NCBI GenBank assembly: GCA_946965045.2
Contig: OX337236.1
Location: 3,286,001-3,350,000, forward strand
Reading direction: 5' to 3'
DNA: 64,000 nt
DNA from: Epithemia pelagica
Taxonomy: Eukaryota; Protista; Bacillariophyta
Within the stretch, counting starts at the first letter, position 1. Each line of letters begins with the position of its first letter. Of this stretch, positions 21,856-33,858 are shown piece by piece. The notes under the pieces are model-generated. The model was not told where the DNA came from. It worked only from the letters and a program-made list of their open reading frames with translations, and did not search any database. The translations under genes were made by a program, and so were the position numbers.

Positions 21856-22502
21856 ATTGATAGAAAGAATAATCAAGCGGAGGAAACACCCCATTGGAAC
21901 AGGATGGTTCAACTCACTTTTGCTTCACAGAACCACAAATTGGAATGGTATGAACAACACCACTAGGCAACGGATTTATTCAAAAGGAAAGTGTGATCAG
22001 TCTTGACATACTTCCTCTTTGGCACTGACGTCATTTTGCAGAATAGGAAGCGGAAATGTCACCCAAGAACACCAGCCGTCCTTCGTTTGGACCGACCAAC
22101 GTTCCACTGCGTCTATCTTGCTCAAAACATCAGTTTGGCTGTCTCTTATTGCTTATAGTCCTACCTAGTTTTTTGTGTCGTTTCTTAGGCCTGCACAACA
22201 CCGTAGGATGGGATCCTTTCGAGCAGAATCCAGCGTACGACTCAAGCGCTCCGCTTTCCAAAGAAGAATGTTTGGTTGGAGGCTCACGGGTATATCCAAG
22301 GATATAGCCTTGATCGATAGAGGTAGGTGGGCACTCGAGCAAGATCCCGATCGACCAAAGCATACAGAAATGGGATCGACCGCTTCTCTCTCTAGCTAGA
22401 GAGGTACAATCCCTACTCTTCGCTCTGTCGTGGGTTCTCTGGTAGCGAAAGACAGACAGAGAGTGCAGAAGGGCAGTCACTACCTACTCTTTGACGAAAC
22501 CT

Positions 22503-24501
22503 TGTTACAGCGTCCGCCATGACACTGCCGTCCTCTGCAAACCTGCCAATGTTTGGTAACCACTCTTGGGTAGATAGCCATGGTACCGTTCCCTCTCTGT
22601 GCTGTTGAAAACTCTCTGGCCTTGATCAGAAGGAATCATCTTTCAACGGAAGATGGCGGTCTTTCATGGCCTCGTTGCATCTTTTAGACAAAAAAGAGCA
22701 ACCTGAATTGTGTCTCTTCAAATGATGGCATATAAGGAACAAGCGACGTTTCGACCATGATCGTATAGTTGTGGGACAGTCGGTGGGGCCATGGACTGGT
22801 AGCAACAGCTGGATCCGACAGCAGCCAACACAGTTTGCCTTCGTTTTGTTTCCGTTGCAATGGCAAAAGTGCAAAGTATACTTCCCGTGCTGCAGGCAGG
22901 ACAGGTTTATCGTGGGTCGTCGTCGATTCCTCTTTCTTGATGTCAATGTCTCGTTGTGGAGCAACCAATCCGTCGACGGGGTACAAATATTGGTGGTGCT
23001 CCGATTCCCAAGACTGTGCTTCTGGTGGACCTTGTTCCAACAAAAGGCAACTGCTTTCGAAGTCGTCATGTGATCCACCAATTGAGATGGTGATGAATCG
23101 ATCGACCTGTTGTGCAAGAGACGATTGTTCTTGTTGTTGGTGTTTGGCTGCTGTTGGTGGATCAGGGATTGTGATTTTTCACTTCTTGTCGTCATCCTTG
23201 ATGAAAGAGATAGACGATTCGTATAGTTGGTGTTGTTTGGATGGATCAAGGCGATTCTTGTTGTCACTGTTGTCCACTTCTGATGGTTCTTCGTGGTGGA
23301 AATCGAGCATGGATGGTTTCTGCTTCTATACTTTGGTTTTGTTATTGGTTACACCACTCCACCACGACAATCTTTGTACCTCGAGCTAATCGGCAGAATC
23401 AGCAAGAAGCGACAACAAGCACAAGAGGGGCTATATGACAAACTCCCCGAACAAAACCTTGCCACGAGTAGGACAGGAATGTTGATTGATTGTCAAGTCT
23501 GGCTTCTCTTATTTGTCGTGAAATCCTCATCAAGTTTGGCTCTATTTTGGCTGTAGGTCCTTTTGCCGGAACCTCTGACACATAAAACTCTTGTACGTTC
23601 TCGACCCCAGGTGGATCCAAACGACGACTCCGCTGGTCTACCTTTTGTTCCTTGAACTCTTGTGGTTTTCAATCGAGACGACAAGTTCACCCATTGGTAA
23701 ATGTAGCACAGGTCCTGACTCCCACCCTCGCGAACGGAGGCCATTGAGCCAGTGCGATATGCGGCCGTCTGCACAATCATTGAACCGCATGCGCGAGCAT
23801 TGCTGACAACCGGCGCAGACGGCACGAGACGGATTTGGCTCTCCCAAAAAGACCATGATTGATGGAGTCGGTATCAATACTGACATAGGAGACCAACCTT
23901 TGCGGTCCAACCACATCCACGTGACATTCTCGAAAGCGATCCAAAGAAGACGACTGCAGGCGTCTGCTGCTAATGCAACACGAGAAGCAAGTCAGAATGG
24001 GATGAATGACATCATTTTCCTTCTGGTCCATCATGTCGTCGGATTCTCGTCTCTGTGTGATTGTACTTGTGGCCTTGCTTCTTTCACTATACCCGATGAG
24101 TGATGCCCATTCGAATCATTGGATCAAGAAGGCAAGAAGACCACTCTCTTGCAACATCTCTCTGTTGAAGTTGTTGTCGTTGTGAACAGACTGTATAGGA
24201 CCAAGGGAAGAATTGTGTGGAAATTAGGGATTGTCAATCTGTGGACCGATTCATCATACAAAAGGACCTCTTCATCACAAATGCTGTCACTCTCTCCCTT
24301 TCGTCGTCGACCAAAAGATACTTTTTGGGGCTTGTCATGAAATCTATGTGCGATTGATTTCCCTTCACCATCGTACGCAGGACAGGCACACCTTACGGTC
24401 TCCACGCAAAAAAAGCAAAGCGCTTCCACGCGTTGCTCTCAAAAATACTTTCTCTCGTGCTGCCATTATTTCTTGTCAACGTATTAGTAAAGCGCTGTAC
24501 C
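22503..24501. repeat. Segmental-duplication module upstream of K1, paralogous to 43477-45538 (upstream of K4)
   Basis: Collinear similarity, e.g. GATCAGAAGGAATCATCTTTCAACGGAAGATGGCGGTCTTTCATGG at ~22624 and ~43598, continuing to the Kelch ATG. Confidence 0.85.
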
Positions 24502-25731
24502 ATGACAACGTTACTGAAAGAACAAGCATGGCAGTCGGGCCTTGTCTTATCGGACGAGACACCAGAGTGGAATCAAAATGACTGGCCTCCACTTGTGGGT
24601 GGATGGCGTGCAGGTCATACTTCGGTCGTACTTGATCACCCCGATACGGACGGCAACGACAACAACAACAACAACAAGAGACAAACCGTCGTCGTGTTGG
24701 GTGGATACCAGACAGTTCAAGGCGCGCTCGATTCCATTCTTGTATTAAACTTGGCAGAATCAACCAAGCAGTGGCGAGAAGGGCCACGCATGAACCAGAA
24801 ACGTTCTGGACATACCACTGTTGTGTGCAACGGTGGCGTCTACGTCATGGGAGGCTACAATGGAAGCTCAGTATTTGATTGTATCGAACGAATTGACAAA
24901 AATGATTTGCTGCTATCACCTTTAACAACAAACATCATCACACATGCGAGTAATTGGACGACATTGACATGTCGGTTATCATCTGGACGACATGGGTGTT
25001 GTGCTGTTGCGGTTCACAACCGATACATCGTTGTAATGGGTGGATACAGCGATCGTTATTTGTCGTCGGTGGATATTATAGATACAAACAGCCACACTGT
25101 CATTGCCGGACCAAGCATGATTGTTCCACGACAATGGTTTGCCAGTGCGGTCATTGGTCACCGCATCTTTGTCGTTGGAGGTCATAACGATAATGGCCAT
25201 CTTGACTCGGTGGAGTATTTGGACAATGCAACACCCTGTGACAATGATGCGACAAAAAAGGAGATAGGCTCGACGTTCATATCTTTCTCGTCCGCTTGGA
25301 TCACTCAGTCGGAGTTGAGGCTTTCCAATGCACAAAGTTCTTGTGCAATGGTTGCCGTTGGATCTTGTCTGGTGGTGGCGGGTGGACAAGGCCATTCAAC
25401 CGTGGAAGTCTTGGATACGCGCCGCAACCGCGTTTGGAATCTCCCACCATTGGATAATCACCGCGACGACTGCAGTACGGTGACTGTTGCCAATCAAGTT
25501 GCCGTGATAAGTGGCTGGGGAAGTCGTACCTGTGCGACATTACCACTACTGGACAAGCATACGTGGTGTTTTCGACGACTCTATGAGCAGCAGATCGACA
25601 GATGGTGTCTATTTCGGGAAAGAAGGAATATCCAACATGCTGATAATTCGCCTTTCCCCACCTGGACATCAGATCGTAAACGAGCAAGGCCCCACACGCA
25701 CCGTAGTGATGAAGGCAAGGATGGAACTTGA
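24502..25731 (+). CDS. Kelch-repeat six-blade beta-propeller protein K1, intact, 409 aa
   Basis: Six repeats with R-x-x-H/C...GG...W pattern (VVVLGG, VYVMGG, IVVMGG, IFVVGG, LVVAGG, VAVISG); no BTB or F-box. Confidence 0.9.
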   Translation: MTTLLKEQAWQSGLVLSDETPEWNQNDWPPLVGGWRAGHTSVVLDHPDTDGNDNNNNNKRQTVVVLGGYQTVQGALDSILVLNLAESTKQWREGPRMNQKRSGHTTVVCNGGVYVMGGYNGSSVFDCIERIDKNDLLLSPLTTNIITHASNWTTLTCRLSSGRHGCCAVAVHNRYIVVMGGYSDRYLSSVDIIDTNSHTVIAGPSMIVPRQWFASAVIGHRIFVVGGHNDNGHLDSVEYLDNATPCDNDATKKEIGSTFISFSSAWITQSELRLSNAQSSCAMVAVGSCLVVAGGQGHSTVEVLDTRRNRVWNLPPLDNHRDDCSTVTVANQVAVISGWGSRTCATLPLLDKHTWCFRRLYEQQIDRWCLFRERRNIQHADNSPFPTWTSDRKRARPHTHRSDEGKDGT

Positions 25732-25759
25732 AATTTGCAACGCATTGCATGTATGTCCT

Positions 25760-27000
25760 AACATTAGCGGAACTATATAGCATTATCATTTTACTCTCAA
25801 ACAGTAGTTGTATTGTTTTCTTCATGGCATTGCGAACTATAGATATCATGTACACCGTTTTACTACCTAGTAGAGAACGAAAGTTACACCATCCGGCATG
25901 ACACTGCAAACAGGAGTGGAGCCAGGCCTTGGGTAGATGTCCATGGTACCATGCCTCTCTGCTGTTGATGGGGTCGAGTAATCATGCTGTGGAAGATTAT
26001 GGTTTCGTGCCTGAAACACTCTGCGCAGCGACTCGTTTCGACGGTCGTCTTCGTTCCGACCATGCGGTCAATTGTGTGGGGATTGTCCTTCTATGGCTAA
26101 TGCCTGCGTGAGAGGACAGTACGCCGTCTCTCGACGCTTGTGGTTTTGGGTGACAGGGCATTTGCGAATCCTTTGGATTTTTTGCCAATGACGTGTTCGA
26201 TATTTTCTCCAATACAGCAACTATACTAGATCATGAGGTCGGCAATTTGCATGCGTCGATCCAGCAATCAGTCTCTCCGTATAAGTAGCTCGTTGACAGT
26301 CCATGGGTATCGGTCCATGGGGATCCACAAGAACAATCACAGTCCGCAAGGTTATGTCTTGCCCCTCAATACCAGTTCCGCCGAAACCATGTTGCACGAT
26401 TGCGACACTGTCGAACAACATCAGTGTTGGACCTCGAACACTATACAACATTTGTGCCTCGTACAGCGCCAACAAAACCACGACCCGCGCCGATCATGTC
26501 TTGGCTGTCGTCTAACAGCAGTGTTGGACCTCGATCACTACCACAGTTGAGTCTCGTACCGAATCAGCAGTACCAACAACAAAACCACGACCACGAATGC
26601 CTCCGATCATGTCTTGGCTGTAGTCTACTAGAACTTCTTGTTGTTCTTCTGCTTCGTTGGATTCTGGTTGGTTTTGCTGCCTTGTCGTTCCACACCAACA
26701 ACCAGCTTGAATCTTTGTATGTAGACTTGAAAGGGCGATGCGACCCTTTCCCACAATCAATTCTTCACTAGGGAGTCGAATTGCGTTCCGTACTTCGATC
26801 CGTAGTACTGGAGGAAGATTCTCGTTCCCGTCCTAGTGTTCTCCTTTCTTTGTTGTTTGTTACACTAGGACTCCTGTTGCGAATCGAAAACCAAGGGGCG
26901 ATTTCTAGCTTGTTGCGATGAAAGTTGTCATTGAGTATGGTGTTCTTCTTTTGTCCAGTGTGACAGCGACAAATGCGGCTTGGTTGTTGTACTTTTGTTA
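25760..27000. repeat. Downstream module R of K1, paralogous to ~55800-57200 (after K6) and ~62520-64000 (after K8)
   Basis: Shared blocks such as TCCAATACAGCAACTATACT, GTTGACAGTCCATGGGTATCGGTCCATG and GACTTGAAAGGGCGATGCGACCCTTTCCCA; boundaries approximate. Confidence 0.8.
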
Positions 27001-27551
27001 TGGGATTCCATAGTGGTTTCTTTCCTGGCTTGCGCTGTTGCGGCGACACTTGATGCTGCGTTTCATCCACTGGACATTTGGTGATTGGCTGCAACGACCA
27101 AGACTTGGTAGTCGACGATACTGGACTGGAGGAGCACTTCCCACATACAAGTCCAACGCCAAGAGAGACACGTCTTCACACCGTCGTCAGATCGGTCCAT
27201 GGAGATCCACAATAACAGTTTGCAGAGTACAAAGTATAGCCACTTTCCCATGGCACTATCACGGAGGAAGGAAAAAAAGACCATGGCAGTGCTGCGGCAT
27301 CCCCACCCACCACCTCGTGTCCAAGTATGGCTTGCTGGATTGTCCATGCGAGCAAACAAACGGCAAACATCTGGATTCTAAATGACAGCACTTGTGGTGC
27401 ATACATGAGTATAACACTTTGGTCCTCCACTGTTGAAGTCCAGTGGAGGAGGACAATCTTTGTTACAAAAAGCACAATAGTGGCCGTATGGTGCTGATTG
27501 CTGATTTTGTCGTTTCAATGGATCTTAAAGCGATCCAAAGAAGACGAATGC

Positions 27552-28021
27552 TGTTCAAAATAATGAGATATGGTCAGTGAATGAAGAAGTGCGACCAATA
27601 TTCGGAACCGGCATTCGGAAGTAGAAGATTCGACCGACAAGAGACGAGTACCATCTTACCATCGTTATTCCAAACAGAACAAATGAACCAATGGGCCGAC
27701 CAAGTCTCATTTAGAGCAACGCGTCATCAACAATAACGGCCCAAACAAGTCCAATACATAGAGAAACGAGATCCTATGGCATCCCATAACTGTCGTCGTC
27801 TAAACATTCTGACAGGCAAGAACGGGCTGGACGACGATACATAGGAAACCAAGATTGCAACAAGATCGCAAAAAGATCTCCAATCTACCTTATCCAACGG
27901 CCGATGATCCAACGGATCACAGCCATCGCTACGAGTAGAAGTAAAGACTAAGCACACAACTTAACTTTGTTTTACACGGGTTGAGCTCGTTCTTGTTGCC
28001 CACGGTAGCAGGAAAACAACA
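27552..28021 (+). repeat. 5' LTR
   Basis: TGTTCAAAATAATG...GGAAAACAACA, matches 33389-33858. Confidence 0.95.
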
Positions 28022-28036
28022 CGCTTCCTCTGTGCT
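28022..28036 (+). other. Candidate primer-binding site
   Basis: CGCTTCCTCTGTGCT directly after the 5' LTR; not TGG-type; resembles the complement of the initiator tRNA-Met D-arm. Confidence 0.4.
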
Positions 28037-28072
28037 GTTTACAGCTAAAACGTTGTCAATTCATCATCCACC

Positions 28073-29329
28073 ATGGCCGCAAATTTTGCCCTTTCACCCG
28101 CTCATGCCAACGCCAATCAAGTGATCAACTTCACGACGGCAGGAGGAGCCAAGTTTTACAAGCAAGCGATTCGTGGATTGTACGATAGTGGAGATCTCTA
28201 CGACCTTGACGCCGATGGACTCAAGACGTTCCTTGATACTCTCCAAGACAGGATCGTTGAACAAAACTGGACTTCGATCTTTGCAATTCCAGAAGCGATC
28301 GCTGCCCCCGCCGCCAATCTTCGTTTGCTCACCAGCGAGTACGGTCGTGTCTCCTTGCAACAAGTCCGTGCCTATGTTGAACACTTCAATGGAGCCAATC
28401 GTCAGACACAGAATGCATACATGGCATATACTTGCATTATGGCATCACTTACCGACGACGCCAAGGCACAGGTCAATATTTGACGCGAAGACTTCACTAT
28501 CGATGGGCGTGGTTCCGGACCCCTTCTCCTCAAGGTTTTAATCTCGTTGGCACATGTGGACACCGAAGCCACCGTTATGGTTCTACGCCAACGCCTGGCT
28601 GACCTTCACATCTATATTATGGATGTGAACGCGGACATCGCCAAGTTTAACTTCTATGTAGACGAGACTCTTCGGGCTCTCAACGCGCGCGGCGAGCAGA
28701 CGCTCGACCTTCTACCGAATCTATTTAAGGCGTACGAAACCGTGAACGACGATAACTTTCTAGAGTTCATTCGTCGCAAGAAGAACGCATATGAAGAAGG
28801 AGACAATCCAGGACTGACCCCGCGTCAACTAATGAGCGTTGCTCGCACCAAATACCAGACGCTCGTGGAACAGAAGAAATGGCAGGCTCTCTCGGCACGC
28901 GACCAAAAATTGATCGCACTTGAAGCATCCGTGAATAAACTCAAGGAACAGAAACGCAAGACTAACCCCAGTGACCAGAAGAAACAGACAAGCAAAGGGA
29001 AGACGGACAAGGCAACTGACAACGATAAGGCCTGGCTTACGGTGGGACCAAAGAGTGGTCAGTCCGAGACGAAGGAAGTCAACGGAAAAATGTGGTACTG
29101 GTGCAAGTGGCACGGAAAGTGGTCGACCAACAAAAACCACACGTCCGCAACGTGTAACGGACGTGGTCTGACAGGAGATAAGAAACGGGCCTACGACGCA
29201 GCCCACGAGAACAGCGATGGTACCACGTCTGAGAACACGGGAACGAACCCAGGACTCCGCCTTGCTAGCGCCTTAGCCGGTGCTACCCACGATGAAGACG
29301 ATGACAGCGACAACAGCACCGACGAGTGA
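28073..29329 (+). CDS. gag: Copia Gag, with one in-frame TGA at 28481-28483
   Basis: Two same-frame ORFs joined by TGA-REDFTIDGRGSGPLLLKVLISLAHVDT; C-terminal WYWCKWHGKWSTNKNHTSATC Zn-knuckle-like motif. Confidence 0.8.
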
Positions 29330-29365
29330 CAACCAAACCCGGGATGGTTCCCCGGGCTGCACGAC

Positions 29366-32300
29366 ATGATCAAGCAGCTCGTTTACACAGTATTAGTGAC
29401 GATCCTTTTATCAAGTTACACTATGCTGTGCTACGGGCTATGGTGTCCTAGGTGCTACCACCTGGAGTCAGTCCTAGACTACGTCCAAAGGCTATGCGAC
29501 TCCATGGCGACCTCTCTCGCGACCAAAATCAAAGTAAAGAAGAAACGAAGAATCGACCATGGCCGGAGACGACGGAGAACTAACTATACAGGACTCCTCC
29601 GGGCATTATGCATGGCAACGATACTGACTTCGACAACCGGACAAGTTACTCACCGAGCGGCTCACGAAGTTGGCTTTGATACCGACAGCAGGAAAGTCTT
29701 GATTGACAATTGCGCCACCGCATCAATTACGAACGACATACAAGACTGCTGCACCAAACCAATCAAAATCAAACGAAAGGTCAAGGGAGTAGCAGGAACA
29801 TATCAACCAGATATATATGAGACGACGATACGATGGGATATCGAGGACGACGACGGCAAGATCCATACGATCACGCTACCAAGGTCCTTCTACATCCCAT
29901 CGACTCCAACCAAACTGCTTTCGCCCCAACATTGGGCACAAACAGCAAAAGATATCAAACCCTTACCGAGAGGAACACGATGTGTGACATATAGCAACGC
30001 TATTGAATTGATTTGGGGGCAAGGACTCTTCAAACGGACGATTCCATTGAAACAACGCGGCTCAAATGTGGGTGAGTTTACGACTGCGCCAGGATACACA
30101 AAATACGAAGCGTTTTGCAAAAAGGCAGGCACGACAATCCAACAAGAGGACAACAAGCCCCTACTGGTTAACAATGCAAACCTCATTGAAGACGACGATG
30201 AATCCATCATGGAACGGTCTCCATCAACCATGGACCACGATGAGGGAGACGACTGGAGCATCGACGAAAATCACAAGAATCTCGACGACGAACAAAATGA
30301 ACATTATTTTCCAACAAGAGATGTACCGATGACTACCGAGTTCCTCATAGACCCCAGCGATACCGTACATGTGATTCCTAATGAAGAAGAGGTACTCCCC
30401 GAAAGTCCAACGCTCGAGTTACTCCGGACACATCATAGAATGGGTCACCTGTCGATGGCGAAAATCCAAAGCCTAGCACGACAAGGAGGACTCCCAAAGC
30501 GACTTGCAAACTGTAAGGTCCCGGTCTGTACGGCGTGTATGTTCGGGAAGGCTACGCGACGTCCCTGGCGAATCAAAGGTCACCGTGGAACACTCGATAC
30601 CATGACGTCACCGGGTCAATGTGTGTCGGTCGACCAAATGATATCAAAGACTCCGGGTTACAATGCGCATCTACGAGGGACTCCCACACGGGACAGATAT
30701 AGGGTGGCTACGGTTTTCGTCGACCACTTCTCAGGGGTAGGCTATGTACACCTTCAACGGAGTACATCAGCTAAAGATACGATCGAAGCTAAAGAACGGT
30801 TTGAAGCTTGGGCAGACACTCACGGAGTCAAGATCCGACATTACCACGCCGATAACGGCATCTTTGCCGACAATAAGTTCCGGGAAGCAGTACAAATGAA
30901 GAATCAACGATTAACTTTCAGTGGAGTTAATGCTCATTTTCAAAGTGGTATGGCCGAACGACGTATTCGAGAACTACAAGAATCAGGAAGAACAATGCTG
31001 ATACACGCCCAAAGACGCTGGCCTAGTACAGTGACAACAAACTTATGGCCCTACGCGGTGCGTTATGCCAACGACATGTTCAATGAGGCACCAATGAAGA
31101 AACACAAAGAAAAGACGCCAATGGAACTATTTACAGGTTCAACGGTAAGATTCAATACAAGACTCGCCCATACGTTCGGATGCCCAGCATACGTACTCGA
31201 CAACGAACTACAAAGCGGAACTCCAATTCCTAAATGGTCCGAACGAGCTCGAGTTGGCATTTTCTTGGGCTATTCTCCCCAACATGCAAGGACAATCGGG
31301 CTTATCTTATCACTCTCTTCCGGATTGACGTCACCCCAATTTCACGTTCAATACGATGACCAATTTGAAACCATACGCAAAAGTTTTGGAGAGGCCCAAC
31401 CAATCTCTCAATGGCAGTATAAGGCAGGGTTCACAAAATCCAAGCCACGCATGAGGGAGAATCAACCACGCGTGGAATTCGGAAGTACAACGACATCATC
31501 ACGACGTGAGACCGATGTTACGATACCCGAAGACAGGGACCAAACTAACGATGCTAACCCGCCTATGGAAGAACGAGAAACTATGCCAGAGCATGAGGGA
31601 GCTAGGCGTTCCCAACGTACTCCTCGTCGAACACAACGATATCAAGACTACTTAACTTCGCTCCAAGAACCCGAAGACGTGATCGGAGAAGTAGCTATCA
31701 CAGCTAAACCAACCGTGACAGTCAATACGGCTCAAGCTAACAGCAATCCAGATGTTATGTACTGGCATGAAGCAATGAAACAAGATGATCGAGCAGAATT
31801 CATAAGGGCAGCACAGAAAGAAGTACAAGATCATAGCGATAATGGGCTATGGGAGGTGGTCAAGCGAAAGGACATTCCTAAAGGAGCGCTAATCTCTCGA
31901 GGAGTGTGGAGTTGTGTCCGAAAGAGAAGACTAAAAACTAGAGAAGTCTACAAATGGAAATCCAGGTTGGCATATGACGGGTCCATGCAAGAAAAGGGGG
32001 TTAACTATTGGGAGACATACACTCCCGTGATTCAATGGCCCGTCGTGAGATTCATCCTGACGATGGCACTCACACAAGGATGGCACATCAAACAGGTAGA
32101 TTATGTGCTGGCATATACCCAAGCAGTCGCCGAGACTGATATGTACATGGAAGCTCCGAAAAGTTTCACCTTCGATACAAAAGGAAACCAGCGAGCAGAG
32201 GACTATGTCCTCAAGATCAAGCAAAATTACTATGGGCAGAAGCAGGGTGCCCGAGTATGGAATCAACACCTCGTGGAACGACTTAAGCAAGTCGGTTTCC

Positions 32301-33361
32301 AACAAAGTGCACACGACGAGTGCCTCTTTTACCATGGTAAATGCGTATACATTTTGTATACGGACGATTCCTTATTGTTGGGTCCCGACAAAGAAGAACT
32401 CGACCGGTTGATTGTTACAATGGAGAATAGTGGTCTGAAAATGACCTATGAAGACGGAGTCAACGATTTTCTTGGGGTCAACATTGACAGAAAAGAAGAT
32501 GGCACCATCCACTTGACTCAACCACATTTAATTGACTCAATCCTCCAAGACCTTCACCTTGCCGCAGAATCAACAAAGAAGAAAGAAACACCGGCACCAA
32601 CTACAGTACGCTTGAGACAAGACCAAGACGGGAAAGCATTTGATCACCATTTCCATTACAGGTTGGCGATCGGGAAACTCAACTTCCTGGAAAAGAGCAC
32701 GAGACCAGATATTAGTTTCGCCGTCCACCAATGTGCTAGATTTTGCGAAAACCCAAAAGCAATTCATGGGAAAGCCGTCAAACACATAGCACGTTACCTC
32801 GCCGGAACACGAAAGCAAGGAGTGATACTCAAACCCGACACCACGAAATCTTTCCAAGTATTCGCCGACGCGGACTTTGCAGGAAATTTTAACAAGCTCG
32901 ACCACCCAAACAAGGACATGGCTCGGTCTCGAACGGGATTTGTGGTCTTCTATGCAGGTTGCCCCATCCTCTGGCAATCAAAACTGCAGTCAGAGATAGC
33001 CTTATCAACCACAGAAGCAGAGATCATCAGTTTGTCGCACGCACTACGTACCGTCATTCCGTTGATGGCCATCACTCGTGAGATGAAGGATTTGGGGTTC
33101 CCTATTCTCTCTACGACGCCCAATATACACTGAAAGGCATTTGAAGATAACAGTGGTGCAGTCGAACTCGCAACGATATACAAGTACAGACCCAGAACAC
33201 GGTATCTGTGCACCAAGTTGTTCCATTTTAAATCTTTTGTGGAACGAAAAGAGATCGAGATTCACCCGTGCGCGACAGACGATCAGACCGCGGATATCTT
33301 CACTAAATCGCTCAACGAATCATCGTTCGAGAAACATCGCGAGAGTATACAAGGATGGTAA
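29366..33361 (+). CDS. pol: Copia Pol (PR-IN-RT-RNase H), with an in-frame TGA at 33131-33133 inside RNase H
   Basis: VLIDNCA protease; HHRMGH...C-x2-C integrase Zn finger; VSVD/ADNG/ERRIRE integrase core; QVDYVLAY and LYTDD RT; FADADFAG/EAE RNase H continuing in frame as KAFEDNSG...DQTADIFTK to the TAA at 33361. Confidence 0.92.
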
Positions 33362-33379
33362 CATCGACTCTACTCGGCC

Positions 33380-33388
33380 GAGAGGGAG
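33380..33388 (+). other. Polypurine tract
   Basis: GAGAGGGAG immediately before the 3' LTR TG. Confidence 0.85.
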
Positions 33389-33858
33389 TGTTCAAAATAA
33401 TGAGATATGGTCAGTGAATGAAGAAGTGCGACCAATATTCGGAACCGGCATTCGGAAGTAGAAGATTCGACCGACAAGAGACGAGTACCATCTTACCATC
33501 GTTATTCCAAACAGAACAAATGAACCAATGGGCCGACCAAGTCTCATTTAGAGCAACGCGACATCAACAATAACGGCCCAAACAAGTCCAATACATAGAG
33601 AAACGAGATCCTATGGCATCCCATAACTGTCGTCGTCTAAACATTCTGACAGGCAAGAACGGGCTGGACGACAATACATAGGAAACCAAGATTGCAACAA
33701 GATCGCAAAAAGATCTCCAATCTACCTTATCCAACGGCCGATGATCCAACGGATCACAGCCATCGCTACGAGTAGAAGTAAAGACTAAGCACACAACTTA
33801 ACTTTGTTTTACACGGGTTGAGCTCGTTCTTGTTGCCCACGGTAGCAGGAAAACAACA
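33389..33858 (+). repeat. 3' LTR
   Basis: Matches 27552-28021. Confidence 0.95.

Larger units (their letters stand above)
27552..33858 (+). mobile_element. Ty1/Copia (CoDi-type) LTR retrotransposon, full length, recent
   Basis: 470-bp TG...CA LTRs differing at 2 positions by eye; GAATGC duplicated on both sides; gag then PR-IN-RT-RH order. Confidence 0.96.

Noticed and set aside
22626-23825. Numerous 70-210 aa ORFs in Kelch spacer modules
   Set aside because: Frames are not conserved between the duplicated copies; at best decayed remnants
24433-24501. Hydrophobic upstream extensions of Kelch ORFs (signal-peptide-like in K1)
   Set aside because: Start from non-ATG codons in the ORF track and are not conserved; all paralogs align from MTTTLKEQAW
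26423-26630. CRISPR-like reading of the GTGTTGGACCTCGATCAC repeats (also 37360-37449)
   Set aside because: Only 2-3 copies with mutually homologous intervening sequence, no unique spacers, no cas genes, eukaryotic context
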